From a virus (Duplodnaviria > Caudoviricetes), in IMG/VR virus record IMGVR_UViG_3300028048_000069, positions 72,047 through 136,046 of that record: a stretch of DNA of 64,000 bases. One strand, 5' to 3'. The notes under the pieces are model-generated. The model was not told the origin of the DNA, searched no databases, and worked only from the letters and a program-made list of their open reading frames with translations. The translations under genes were made by a program, and so were the position numbers. Positions 30,890-40,902 of this stretch are shown in pieces; the first letter of the stretch is position 1; every line of letters starts with the position of its first letter.

Positions 30890-31054
30890 ATGGCAGAGTT
30901 AAAACCGTGTAAAAAATGTAAAGAAAAAAATGATTTATGTGTAATACGAGAAGATTACCATTATGCGTATGTTAAATGTCTTACTTGTGGCTATATTGGG
31001 CCAGATGCTTCAAACGAGAAAGAAGCCATAGACGCTTGGAATAAGAGGAGTTGA
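30890..31054 (+). CDS. Lar-family (restriction alleviation) Zn-ribbon protein
   Basis: Hand-translated MAELKPCKKC...YVKCLTCGYIGP....EAIDAWNKR; not in ORF track. Confidence 0.7.
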   Translation: MAELKPCKKCKEKNDLCVIREDYHYAYVKCLTCGYIGPDASNEKEAIDAWNKRS

Positions 31055-31057
31055 GGT

Positions 31058-31630
31058 ATGTATTGGACCACTAGAGAAGGCAAAAAGTTAAAAATAAGCG
31101 AAATGGAAACTAACCATATTTATAACTGCATCCGTCTTATGGATAGACAAATGGTAGCGGCTATGAATAAGGCTATGAACAGGAATGACGAGTGCTATGC
31201 CGAACCACCAGAAAGTTGGGTGCAGACCTATCAAGCATTAGCAGATGAATATAACAAACGGAACAAAGGGAGTTGATTATGCTATGGCCTAAATTTGGAG
31301 AGCCGATACGAAAAACACCAAAAGAGTTAGGTGAAGAAGCAGGTAAAAAACTAGCAAAAAAACTGATAAAATTGATATGGAACAAAAGGAGTTAGTATGA
31401 CAATATATATACCAGAACATGCTATTATTTTTACTTTGCTTTGCGTTTTCTTTGTTGGCGGCCTTTTTGCAGGGGTTGTTTTGTGCCATCAAAGAGATGA
31501 GTTTTTGAAAGAGCCAACAAAACCTACATACAAACAACTTAACGAGATAGCACGTATGCTGGGTTTTAAGGTCAGCATACACAGAATTAAAGAAATTATT
31601 GCTCGTTGGGAGGAAACAAAGTATTTATGA
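31058..31630 (+). other. Small hypothetical ORFs (31058-31276; 31397-31630, membrane)
   Basis: ORF track. Confidence 0.5.
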
Positions 31631-31772
31631 CAATACCTACAAAAGAGCAGATTGAGCATATTAGAAAAAATATACCCACTTTTGTATGTGAATTTGATGT
31701 GGAGTGTATTCCTACTTCAGAAGTTATAGAAAAAATTATTACCGAGTGGGAAAAGATAAGGAGAAAACAAAA

Positions 31773-32357
31773 ATGAAATTGCTATGGTTAGATACAGAAA
31801 CAACTGGGTTAAATAAAGAAAAATGCGATATAGTTCAAATTGCAGGGATAGTAGTAATTGATGGGGAAGAGAAAGAAAGATTTAACTTATTTTCACAGCC
31901 AGTTAATTGGGAAAATATAGAACAAGGCGCATTAGAAACCACTGGTATGACCATAGAAAAATTAAAGACATTTCCTATGCCACAAGAAACTTATGCTAAT
32001 TTTAAGAAGATTTTAGATAAATATATTAACAAATATGATAAAGATGATAAGTTTTATATTGCTGGCCACAATGTGCAGTTCGATTTAGACTTTTGCAAAC
32101 TCCTATTTCAAAAGCAAGGCGATAAGTATTTCTTTAGTTATTTTAAGCATCAGACAGTTGATTTAATGAGTTTGGCTACCATTCTGCATACTGCTAACCT
32201 AATCTATACAAAATCGTTTAAATTGGAAGATATAGCCAAATGCTTAAACATTGAGTGTAACAAAGAATTACACGATGCTTCCGTAGATATAGATATAACT
32301 AGAAAGTGTTTTTGTAAGTTGGTTTCTAGGTTTGTTAGATTTGACGAATCCGAATAG
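31773..32357 (+). CDS. DEDDh 3'-5' exonuclease (DnaQ/epsilon-like)
   Basis: WLDTETTG, AGHNVQFD, LHDASVDI; start moved from 31704 to the ATG after AGGAG. Confidence 0.88.
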   Translation: MKLLWLDTETTGLNKEKCDIVQIAGIVVIDGEEKERFNLFSQPVNWENIEQGALETTGMTIEKLKTFPMPQETYANFKKILDKYINKYDKDDKFYIAGHNVQFDLDFCKLLFQKQGDKYFFSYFKHQTVDLMSLATILHTANLIYTKSFKLEDIAKCLNIECNKELHDASVDIDITRKCFCKLVSRFVRFDESE

Positions 32358-32362
32358 TATAA

Positions 32363-32374
32363 TCATTTATATTT
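32363..32374 (+). promoter_or_regulatory. Putative late promoter motif TCATTTATATTT (first copy, early/late boundary)
   Basis: Exact copy of the motif found before the structural genes. Confidence 0.55.
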
Positions 32375-32572
32375 GTGATGATTTTGAAATTAACATTGTT
32401 TGACATTTTTCACGAAGAACTTGTTAATCCTGTTAATGTCAATTTTGACAATGTGACTTATTTTTGTAGAAATTATGCTACAGGGAAGGGCACAGATATT
32501 TTCTTCCCTGATGGCTCAAAAATAATAGCAAAGCAGGAAATAGAAGAAATAAATAGAATGCTTGGTTTATAA
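32375..32572 (+). CDS. FlbD-like small protein
   Basis: LKLT...VNVNFDNVTYF...TDIFFPDGSKIIAKQEIEEI. Confidence 0.45.
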   Translation: MMILKLTLFDIFHEELVNPVNVNFDNVTYFCRNYATGKGTDIFFPDGSKIIAKQEIEEINRMLGL

Positions 32573-32737
32573 TACAGATTTATTTAAGTAGGAGATAAAT
32601 CAAGCATGAAAAATAAAGTAGTTAATACTTTACTACGCGCTTTCGAAATTTATGGAAATAATGAGGCCGATAGTAAAGGTTTAATCAAAGGGTTGTTAGA
32701 GAAGTAATTCTCTAATTAACCCCTAGAAGGAGATATA

Positions 32738-33037
32738 ATGAAATTTGTAAAGTTGATTAAATCCGAAAAAGGAATACCAGCTGTAGAATATAGAAGAATG
32801 AACGATGGCATTCATCATTTAGCAATATTTAATAGTGTACAAGATGCTAAAGAATGTTTTGATGCTTTAAGACATATGGAAGAAATTGATTTTGTGGATG
32901 ATGAATCGGTAAATGATTATTTATATCAAGATGCATTTAAAAATTGTGTAGACGATATAGAAGTAGATTATAGAACAATTCAAAAAGACCCTAAATATAA
33001 CATTATAAATAAATCTTTCGTTTTTGATATATATTAA
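32738..33037 (+). CDS. Leader-tagged protein 1 (putative internal head protein)
   Basis: N-terminus MKFVKLIKSE. Confidence 0.6.
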   Translation: MKFVKLIKSEKGIPAVEYRRMNDGIHHLAIFNSVQDAKECFDALRHMEEIDFVDDESVNDYLYQDAFKNCVDDIEVDYRTIQKDPKYNIINKSFVFDIY

Positions 33038-33046
33038 AGGTACTAT

Positions 33047-33334
33047 ATGAAATTTACAAAAGTTATTAAAGCCGAAGGCATTTACGATAAATATAAACGA
33101 GAAATGGATACAGCCAATTCTAATTATGATGTTATAGGCAAAGAATTAAAAGCACTACAAGATAAATTGTATGAGATTAAATCTAAAGCCTCTAACTTAT
33201 ATTATATGGCTAGTTCTGGTGATAATAAAGAATTAACAAACCAAGCAAAAGAATTATCTAATTTAGTTGATGATGCTGCTTGGGATGGTATACACGAATT
33301 ACAGCAAGCAATTCTTAAAGTAATTTATAAATAA
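33047..33334 (+). CDS. Leader-tagged protein 2 (helical)
   Basis: N-terminus MKFTKVIKAE. Confidence 0.6.
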   Translation: MKFTKVIKAEGIYDKYKREMDTANSNYDVIGKELKALQDKLYEIKSKASNLYYMASSGDNKELTNQAKELSNLVDDAAWDGIHELQQAILKVIYK

Positions 33335-33936
33335 TGAAATTCTTTAAACTAATACCTTATTTAATTATCGCATTTCTGCTTATTCGTATTGTATATTTGA
33401 ATAAGCAGAATACTATTTTAATTGATAAAACTGCTACTCTTGAAGAAAATCTTAAAAATAAAACAGTTATCTATAAAGATAAAATAATCTATAAAGAACG
33501 AGTAGATACAGTTAGTGGTAAGGAAGTAAAGCAAGAAACTGTATATATTCCAATTGATGGTAAGATAGAAATACTTACTCCTTCCGAACAAGAAAAATTA
33601 AATCTAAATATATTAGATAAAGCATTTAACCATATAATTAAACAAGAAGATGGCTCGGTTATTTTAATTAAAAATAAAGGATTTACACTTGCCCCAGAAG
33701 TCGCTGCTTTATATAGTGATAAATTAGAACTAGGGTTACAAGTTAAAGTATTTTATTGGGATAGATATAATCTAGGCGCAGGTATTACTAATAATTCTGT
33801 TTTATATGGTTATGCATCAAGAAATATTTCTGATATATTAAACTTTACAAAAAATACTGCTGCTCAAGTATCATTAGGTAAAGATTTAGAAAATGGTGAT
33901 ACTAAATTCTTGTTTGGTGTTAGTGTAAGATTATAA
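33334..33936 (+). CDS. Membrane-anchored protein with C-terminal amphipathic beta strands (spanin candidate)
   Basis: N-terminal TM, short coiled coil, C-terminal alternating strands ending TKFLFGVSVRL. Confidence 0.4.
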   Translation: MKFFKLIPYLIIAFLLIRIVYLNKQNTILIDKTATLEENLKNKTVIYKDKIIYKERVDTVSGKEVKQETVYIPIDGKIEILTPSEQEKLNLNILDKAFNHIIKQEDGSVILIKNKGFTLAPEVAALYSDKLELGLQVKVFYWDRYNLGAGITNNSVLYGYASRNISDILNFTKNTAAQVSLGKDLENGDTKFLFGVSVRL

Positions 33937-33940
33937 ATTA

Positions 33941-33996
33941 TTTACTTATTTTGTAAAATATTGTATTATATAATTATAATAAATACATTTATATTT
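33941..33996 (+). promoter_or_regulatory. sigma70-like promoter (TTTACT-N17-TATTAT) followed by late-motif variant ACATTTATATTT (33985-33996)
   Basis: Both elements read directly upstream of the ATG at 34016. Confidence 0.5.
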
Positions 33997-34015
33997 AATG
34001 TGGGAGAATAAATTT

Positions 34016-34246
34016 ATGAAATTTAAAAAATTAGTTAAATCCGAAGAAGAAATTAAAGATACTAATAAAAGAAAAACTAAAATCGAAGAGTGGTTAGAGT
34101 CAATAGATGATGAATTGTATTATATTAAAGGTATGATTAAATCTAATGTAGAAGCGCATCCTAATCGTGGAGATATTAAAAGTGCAATAACTAAAAAATT
34201 GCAAGATGCTTATTCTTCACTGCTTGATATAGAGGACCTTTTTTAA
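34016..34246 (+). CDS. Leader-tagged protein 3
   Basis: Start moved to the ATG at 34016 (GGGAGA SD): MKFKKLVKSEE. Confidence 0.6.
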   Translation: MKFKKLVKSEEEIKDTNKRKTKIEEWLESIDDELYYIKGMIKSNVEAHPNRGDIKSAITKKLQDAYSSLLDIEDLF

Positions 34247-34256
34247 ACAGTTAATT

Positions 34257-34784
34257 ATGAAACTAATTAGAGTAATTAAATCTAAAATTGTTAAAAAAGA
34301 TAATAAGTACCAAGTTCAATCCGAAAAGGGAAAGAATTTAGGTACTTATGATACAAAAGAACAGGCCGAAAAAAGACTTAAACAGGTAGAAATGTTTAAG
34401 CATATGAAATCTAGTATGTCTGCATCTGATGTAGAAAAAATGTGGCAGAATAGATATGATGTAATAATTGATAAAATAGATTATGAAGATGTTTATATGA
34501 CAATTATTACAGATGACCAAAAAGAGCATAAACTTACTCTTTCTTTAGATTATGAATTAGGCAGTTTTGTACCAGAAACAAAAGGAACTTCAAGTCCATA
34601 TTTAGCCGATACCCCAGAAGATTATTATGGAAATAAGGCTTATTATGAAGATTTTGATATTAAAAAGATTACTATTACAAATATAGATGGAGAGAAAACA
34701 AATATTGATATCCCATTAAATAGCGATTTAGCGCAGTCTTTGTATAGTATGGTAGAAGAACATTATAGATTTACTCAAGATTAA
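34257..34784 (+). CDS. Leader-tagged protein 4 (two domains)
   Basis: MKLIRVIKSK; basic module KYQVQSEKGKNLGTYDTKEQAEKRLKQVEMFKH; then KSSMSAS and an acidic domain. Confidence 0.6.
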   Translation: MKLIRVIKSKIVKKDNKYQVQSEKGKNLGTYDTKEQAEKRLKQVEMFKHMKSSMSASDVEKMWQNRYDVIIDKIDYEDVYMTIITDDQKEHKLTLSLDYELGSFVPETKGTSSPYLADTPEDYYGNKAYYEDFDIKKITITNIDGEKTNIDIPLNSDLAQSLYSMVEEHYRFTQD

Positions 34785-34808
34785 TATTTTATCGAACATA
34801 GAGTAAAG

Positions 34809-34834
34809 AAACCACCTAGAAATAGGTGGTTTTA
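34809..34834 (+). terminator. Intrinsic terminator
   Basis: AAACCACCTA-GAAA-TAGGTGGTTT(T). Confidence 0.85.
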
Positions 34835-34845
34835 TTTATGCTTCT

Positions 34846-34857
34846 TCATTTATATTT
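34846..34857 (+). promoter_or_regulatory. Putative late promoter TCATTTATATTT
   Basis: 27 nt upstream of the ATG at 34885. Confidence 0.7.
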
Positions 34858-34884
34858 TATATATAACTTTTTAAAGGTGTCCAA

Positions 34885-36678
34885 ATGACTAAACAATACA
34901 ATAAAATTGGTGTTACTACTGGTGGGTATCGCGGTAATAGAGCGATACTAGAACAGAGAGTAATAGAAGGTTTTAAAGTACCTAGTTTTCAAGAAGGAGT
35001 ATTACAATTAGATCCAGAAACTCCTCAAACTTTATATCTAACTAGTACAAATATGGCTGATGGTAATATTATTATATTGCCAAATGCTCAAGATTTATGG
35101 AATAACTGGCGTACTACAATTATTAATGAAAGTGCTTTTCCAGTTAATATTTACTACTATACAAACGATTTAAGCCAATTAAACTTATTTAAAGAGATTT
35201 CTTCTGGCAATATGGCTACACTTATATTGTTAGAAAACTCTTCTACAACTGGTGTTTGGACAACTTTAAGAACAACAGAAATAACATCAGCCGAGCAAGT
35301 AGAAAAATATACATCAAATGTATTAGATACTATTGAAATTAACTGGAACCAAATACAAGGTAATACATCACCGATTGTATTTACATTGTCGCCTATTATG
35401 GCTGGAACTGCAGTTAAAAGTATTTATTTAAAAACTATTGAACAGTTTGTAAGTGACGGTTCGGATGAAGACCCATTATCCTTGTCAATTTCTGTAGGTA
35501 TAGGTACTGATGAATCAGACGAAGAATATAGTGCAGACCACTTTATTTCTAATTATGATTTAACACAACCCGTATCTGATACAAACTTTACTAAAGATTT
35601 ATTTGATGAAATATTATCAACTACTGATAGCAAATATGTTTGCGCCACTATTACAGGAAATAATCTTTCATCTTTGGTCAGTGGCAAATTGCAAATAACT
35701 GTAGAAAGAGCAAAATTAATTGATCCAACTGTATTAAAAAATCCTATTATTCAAACAAATTTGCCTATCGGTACAGTAATGAATTATATATTTGCTGATG
35801 TACCAGAAGGATTTTTAAGATTAGATGGTGCTATATATCCAAATGCAAATGCTGCCATACCTAATTTTATTGAAAAATTGAACGCAATTAATAATCAATT
35901 AGTAGGAGAAAAGTTAATTGTAGGAATAGACGAATGGAATCAAACATTCACTACATATGGTTCCTGTGGTAAATTTGCTTGGCAAGGTTCTAATTTAAGA
36001 TTTCCTGCTATTAATTGTTTTATACAAGGTTTAAGCGATTTAACACAATTATCTAAATTAACAGAGGCTGGATTACCTAATATTACTGGTACGCATGGAA
36101 GTGGTGAAAAATACAATGATGTTGGAACTTCTGGTGCATTTTATAAATTGCCTTATACAAATAGAACAGCTGGCGATGGTACAAATCATCCGCAACAATA
36201 TGGATTTGACGCATCTCGTTGCAGCCCTATATATGGACGTTCAAATACTGTTACGCCATTAAATATTAAATATCCTTATATTATAAGTGTTTATAATAAA
36301 ATACAAAATTCATCTGTAATAGATTTAAATGCTATTATGGAGGCAAGTGTTTATAAAGCAAATACAGATTTGGATAATTTAAGCCAAATAGGTGTTGATA
36401 ATGCTTTAAGAATAACTGAATCAAATTGTGCCGCAGATATGACTACTGGTGTAGGATTTTCTAGTGGTACAGAAATGCCATATAATGCTTTAGTAGTTGT
36501 TAGTGGTTCTTATGGTGGTTATGGAACAGCCTATCTATATGTAGATGGTGTTTGTGTATGGGCTGACCCAAACAATGAAGGTTCTGGTAAATTTCACTGT
36601 GGAAACTGTGTAGCGAAAAAGGGTTCTATAGTAACTTTTTCAAATATAAGTTCTGCTACATACTATAAATTAGGATAA
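34885..36678 (+). CDS. Tail fibre protein with collar domain
   Basis: LPIGTV..Y....PEGFLRLDG (collar), EAGLPNITG, FDASRCSPIYGRSNTVTP, KANTDLDNLS. Confidence 0.8.
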   Translation: MTKQYNKIGVTTGGYRGNRAILEQRVIEGFKVPSFQEGVLQLDPETPQTLYLTSTNMADGNIIILPNAQDLWNNWRTTIINESAFPVNIYYYTNDLSQLNLFKEISSGNMATLILLENSSTTGVWTTLRTTEITSAEQVEKYTSNVLDTIEINWNQIQGNTSPIVFTLSPIMAGTAVKSIYLKTIEQFVSDGSDEDPLSLSISVGIGTDESDEEYSADHFISNYDLTQPVSDTNFTKDLFDEILSTTDSKYVCATITGNNLSSLVSGKLQITVERAKLIDPTVLKNPIIQTNLPIGTVMNYIFADVPEGFLRLDGAIYPNANAAIPNFIEKLNAINNQLVGEKLIVGIDEWNQTFTTYGSCGKFAWQGSNLRFPAINCFIQGLSDLTQLSKLTEAGLPNITGTHGSGEKYNDVGTSGAFYKLPYTNRTAGDGTNHPQQYGFDASRCSPIYGRSNTVTPLNIKYPYIISVYNKIQNSSVIDLNAIMEASVYKANTDLDNLSQIGVDNALRITESNCAADMTTGVGFSSGTEMPYNALVVVSGSYGGYGTAYLYVDGVCVWADPNNEGSGKFHCGNCVAKKGSIVTFSNISSATYYKLG

Positions 36679-36680
36679 TT

Positions 36681-37013
36681 ATGAAAAAATTAGCAAAGAT
36701 TGTTGATGAAAAATTACATACAGTAAATGTTGCCCTTGGTGACGACATGTCTTTTTATAAATCAATGGGATTTGTAAGTCTTAATGTTGAACAAGGATAC
36801 GATGGAAATTGGTATATAGAAGGATATGCCCCAGTAAAACCAGAGCCTACATTACAAGAAACATTAGAAGCATTGGAAGAAAAATATCATATGCCTCGTG
36901 TAGTAAGAGAAGGTATATTAGGAAATCCTTCAATGTACAGTGAATTTAATGTAAATAAAGCGAAAGATTTAGAAGATATTGCAGAAGCAATAAGGAAGGC
37001 AAATAATGGCTAA
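36681..37013 (+). CDS. Tail fibre assembly/chaperone-like protein
   Basis: Follows the fibre gene; VEQGYDGNWY..GYAP.KPEP. Confidence 0.5.
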   Translation: MKKLAKIVDEKLHTVNVALGDDMSFYKSMGFVSLNVEQGYDGNWYIEGYAPVKPEPTLQETLEALEEKYHMPRVVREGILGNPSMYSEFNVNKAKDLEDIAEAIRKANNG

Positions 37014-37944
37014 TCATAACCAATTTAAAAGAATTTCTACAACACCACAAGCAAATACAATTCCATATGCTGATGAAAATGGTAATTTATCTAATTGGTT
37101 AGATAATGACCCTGTTATTCAAGCATTAAAGCAGCAAAACGAATTTATTGGAAGTATAGCAACTGCTCCAGAACCTGATAGACAATCAATTTTAACGCAA
37201 TTTGTAGTAGATACTACAGGTAGACAACCTAGAAATGGTGATGAAGTATCTATTGAAGATGTTGGCGAATTGTGGGAATATAACGGAACTGAATGGGTTT
37301 TCTTTACAACCACTACTTTAGCTGATGCTTCTACAACAACCAAAGGTGTAATGCAAGTAGGAAGCGGTTTATTAGTTACTAATGGTTTAGTTAGTGTAGA
37401 TGATACTAGACTTACGATGGCCAGAACAAAAGTAACAAATACAAGCGCAACTCCTTCTTTAGGATTACAAGCAAATACCGATTATATATTTAGTAATGCC
37501 TTAACAAGTTTAACATTAAGTACTATACCTAATAGCCAATACTTTATTTCATTAAATTTTAAAACAGGTAGTACATTTACATTTTCAGCACCGAACTTAA
37601 CAGATTGGTATTTTGTTGATAATCCGCCTACATTTTTACCAAATAAAAAATATGAAATTATCATTGTAAATGGTAAAGCACATATCTATTATGTAGGTCA
37701 GAGAATTTATCCTATTAATAAAATAGTAGTTACAAATCCTCAAATATCGCCCGTAGGTACAAATGCTACTTGGACAATTTCTAATACATTAGGAACAAAA
37801 GAATTATTTATTAGAGTTTATGAAACAGCAACTGGAGATACAGTAGATGTAAATAGTAATACCACTAACAGTAATATTACAGTTACATTTTATGCTGAAT
37901 CCACAGTTTCAGCAGGTACATATACAGCAGTAATATTGGGGTAA
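37006..37944 (+). CDS. Tail fibre / baseplate-associated structural protein
   Basis: Thr-rich, DASTTTKGVMQVGSGL fibre repeat, beta-rich. Confidence 0.65.
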   Translation: MANHNQFKRISTTPQANTIPYADENGNLSNWLDNDPVIQALKQQNEFIGSIATAPEPDRQSILTQFVVDTTGRQPRNGDEVSIEDVGELWEYNGTEWVFFTTTTLADASTTTKGVMQVGSGLLVTNGLVSVDDTRLTMARTKVTNTSATPSLGLQANTDYIFSNALTSLTLSTIPNSQYFISLNFKTGSTFTFSAPNLTDWYFVDNPPTFLPNKKYEIIIVNGKAHIYYVGQRIYPINKIVVTNPQISPVGTNATWTISNTLGTKELFIRVYETATGDTVDVNSNTTNSNITVTFYAESTVSAGTYTAVILG

Positions 37945-37951
37945 TTAGGTA

Positions 37952-39601
37952 ATGAAAAGACTAAATCTTGATATAGATAAAAATTTAACCGCAAATAGTA
38001 ATATTTTAGCACCTTCACAACAGGCGCTAAAATATTATATTGACCAAAAAAGAGTTTTATTAAATTATTTACAAGCAACCGAGCCAACATCATTTTCTGT
38101 TGGTGAAAAGTGGTTAAATACGAGTTCTAACAAGATTTTTACTGCTTTAAGTAGTAGTACCTGGGATAGTGGTATAGATTTAGAATCGGGGCAAATTTAC
38201 TCATTTAACAACCTTTTATATCATTGGAATGGGGAAAACCTATTAATCTATAGTTCTGGCAGCATTACAGAAACAAATAATAATACAGAAGTTAAAACTT
38301 GGGTAGGAACTCAATCAGAATATGATGCTATAGCTACAAAAGATCCAACTACAGAATATGTAATTACAGATGCTTATTCAAATTTGGATATAATATTAGC
38401 AACCCAAACAGAGTTTAATAATTCATCTACTACCAAAGCAGCCACTCCCTATCAAGTCAATCAAAAGATAGGAAATTACTTACCTTTAGCAGGTGGAAAC
38501 CTAAATGCAGGTGCTATTTTAAGATTAACTAATACAAATAATGAAGTAACCCCATTAGCATTTGATACAAGTGGTTATTTAACAGTTGGTAGCAAATTAT
38601 ATGTAAATACAGAAACTAACACTAACAGTTTAATAGTTAGAAGTGGAAATATTTATAAAACTGATATATCTGGCGATACAGTAGCTTGGAGTAATGATTT
38701 AGATGCTTATCTTCCATTAGCTGGCGGTACAATGACAGGAGATATAACCTGGACAGGCGATAGCAATAAAGTTCTGGGGCTGCAGTTAAATAACAATGGC
38801 ACTAACTTTGATGGCGGATGGAATTATAATTCTGGTGCTGGTGCTGGGTTTGCTTTGCGTTCTACTTCTTATCCTACAGTAGCGGAAAGAGGAGCATTTG
38901 TTTTCTTCGCTAGAAACGGAACAAGTTCTGCTAACACAAAGCGCCTGATGGGGTTTTCAAACGGTAGTTTGACTTGGGTTGGGAAAGAAGTTCTAACTAC
39001 TGCTCATAAAGATGTCGCAAATGGTATAGCTTCGTTGGATGCAAATGTAAAAATTCCATCTGCTCAATTACCATTAGCTACTGTATCTGCTCCTGGTGCA
39101 GTAAAACCTGATGGAACCACCATTACAATAAATGATGGAGTGATTAGTGCAAGCGGAACTGGTGCTTTAGCAAATACAGCGACAGCAACAAATTCTTTAA
39201 CTATTTTAGGTACTCCATCAACAAGTTCATTTGGTCTTAATATAGGTCAAAATACTAGTGTAGGAACAAATGGAAGTACTGCAATAGGTATTAATGCTAA
39301 AGCAGGTGAATATGGAACTGCTGTAGGTGGCGGTAATGCATCTAATACTTCGGCGAATGCCACAGGATATGGTAGTGTTGCAGTCGGATCTGGTGCAAAA
39401 GCAACTGCTACTAGAGCAATTCAGATAGGTAGTGGTACAAATAATACAGCCGATACGACACAATTGGGAAATACTACAATTTTAGATGCTAATGGAAAAG
39501 TACCTAGTACAGTATTACCAGCCGCAACAAGTTCTACTTTAGGTGGAATTATGATTGAATATGATTCTACTACAAATACTTTAAATATTAAAACTTCGTA
39601 A
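37952..39601 (+). CDS. Tail fibre/adhesin with YadA-head-like repeats
   Basis: WVGTQSEYDAI, two YLPLAGG repeats, STAIG.NAKA / SVAVGSGAKA / AIQIG repeats. Confidence 0.75.
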   Translation: MKRLNLDIDKNLTANSNILAPSQQALKYYIDQKRVLLNYLQATEPTSFSVGEKWLNTSSNKIFTALSSSTWDSGIDLESGQIYSFNNLLYHWNGENLLIYSSGSITETNNNTEVKTWVGTQSEYDAIATKDPTTEYVITDAYSNLDIILATQTEFNNSSTTKAATPYQVNQKIGNYLPLAGGNLNAGAILRLTNTNNEVTPLAFDTSGYLTVGSKLYVNTETNTNSLIVRSGNIYKTDISGDTVAWSNDLDAYLPLAGGTMTGDITWTGDSNKVLGLQLNNNGTNFDGGWNYNSGAGAGFALRSTSYPTVAERGAFVFFARNGTSSANTKRLMGFSNGSLTWVGKEVLTTAHKDVANGIASLDANVKIPSAQLPLATVSAPGAVKPDGTTITINDGVISASGTGALANTATATNSLTILGTPSTSSFGLNIGQNTSVGTNGSTAIGINAKAGEYGTAVGGGNASNTSANATGYGSVAVGSGAKATATRAIQIGSGTNNTADTTQLGNTTILDANGKVPSTVLPAATSSTLGGIMIEYDSTTNTLNIKTS

Positions 39602-39616
39602 ATTAGGAGTTATATC

Positions 39617-40105
39617 ATGCCTATACAAATAAATGGTACAACAATAATAGATGAAACCCTATTAGCAGATAAAAATTTAAGTAATTTATCAGAAGATGGT
39701 AAAAATGTTATAAAAAGTTTAGCATCGGGAGCAGGTGGAATGAAAAGACCAGATTATGCAAATGGGTCGGAACAAAATATAGCATGTAGTTGTAGAATTA
39801 GTTCAGGCGGTGTAACAAATATTTCTTATACATCTATTACAATTCCTTCGAATGGTTATATATTATTATATAATATATTAGAAAAATATCCTAATACACA
39901 GACACATTGTGCACTAATATCAAATGCGATAGTAAACATTAATAATAAATTTATAACATTAGATGCTCTATATAAGAATTTAATTCCAGTAACTTTAAAT
40001 GATATAATAAGTTTTACAAATACATTCTCTATAACAGGTGTTCCTTCAACACAAAATTATACATTTAATATTTGCCAATTTATGTTCTATCCTGAATTAC
40101 AATAA
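39617..40105 (+). CDS. Small tail fibre tip-like protein
   Basis: ADKNLSNLS, PDYANG, PSNGYI. Confidence 0.55.
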   Translation: MPIQINGTTIIDETLLADKNLSNLSEDGKNVIKSLASGAGGMKRPDYANGSEQNIACSCRISSGGVTNISYTSITIPSNGYILLYNILEKYPNTQTHCALISNAIVNINNKFITLDALYKNLIPVTLNDIISFTNTFSITGVPSTQNYTFNICQFMFYPELQ

Positions 40106-40118
40106 AGAGGTAATAATA

Positions 40119-40850
40119 GTGAAACAATTTATAGTATTAATTACATTATTATTTTCGACCACTTTATATTGTCAAAATTTAATAAGGATACATAGAACAA
40201 TTAGACCTAGAAATTATACTAGATTAAGTAGAACTATAACAACTTCTATTCCAAGAGGCTTTTTAGCAATTGATATAGCAAAGGCTCAATCATTAAATAG
40301 ATATACAAGTTGGAAATTTATTAATACACAATCTAAATTAAAATTAACAATAGATAGAAAATTAAAAGAACATTCACTAAAATCCCCTAAAACAATATAT
40401 GGTCCTTACAATTATGTAAGGACTTTTTCTAAAATTTCCAGACAAGAGTCTTTAATATCTACGCAGAATTTAACTGAATGGAGACAGTTACATCACCCAC
40501 AAGGGTTTAATGGCGCGCACCATTTAGTAAATAAATATACAATAAAATTAATTCACGAACAAATGAAAGAAAATGGAATAAAATTTAATTTATCGGATTG
40601 TCAAAATAATGCTCCTGCTATATTTCATCCTCTTCATGGAAATCCTAAATTTAAATATATATTTCATAATCCAGAACAACAATTAGCAGAATATAATCAA
40701 TTTGGAATGAAAGTTGTTGTATCTAATATTTTAAATAATATAGAAAAAATAAGTATAGAAAATGGATTAGGAACATTACCAGAATTATATAAAAAATCTA
40801 TATTATTAGAAACAGAATTTTGGTGCAAAGAATACGGATTAAAATTCTAA
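40119..40850 (+). CDS. Secreted protein with His-rich AHH-like motifs
   Basis: GTG at 40119 after AGAGG gives signal peptide MKQFIVLITLLFSTTLYC; GAHHLV, APAIFHPLH, FH. Confidence 0.5.
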   Translation: MKQFIVLITLLFSTTLYCQNLIRIHRTIRPRNYTRLSRTITTSIPRGFLAIDIAKAQSLNRYTSWKFINTQSKLKLTIDRKLKEHSLKSPKTIYGPYNYVRTFSKISRQESLISTQNLTEWRQLHHPQGFNGAHHLVNKYTIKLIHEQMKENGIKFNLSDCQNNAPAIFHPLHGNPKFKYIFHNPEQQLAEYNQFGMKVVVSNILNNIEKISIENGLGTLPELYKKSILLETEFWCKEYGLKF

Positions 40851-40902
40851 TTAGTATTGTTTTAATAATTCCTAATAAAAATAGACTTTAAAGGATAGAA
40901 AT

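Noticed and set aside
33334-33400. MKFFKLIPY start inside cargo cluster 1
   Set aside because: It continues into a hydrophobic TM helix with no K-[AS], so it is treated as a membrane anchor, although derivation from a leader cannot be excluded.
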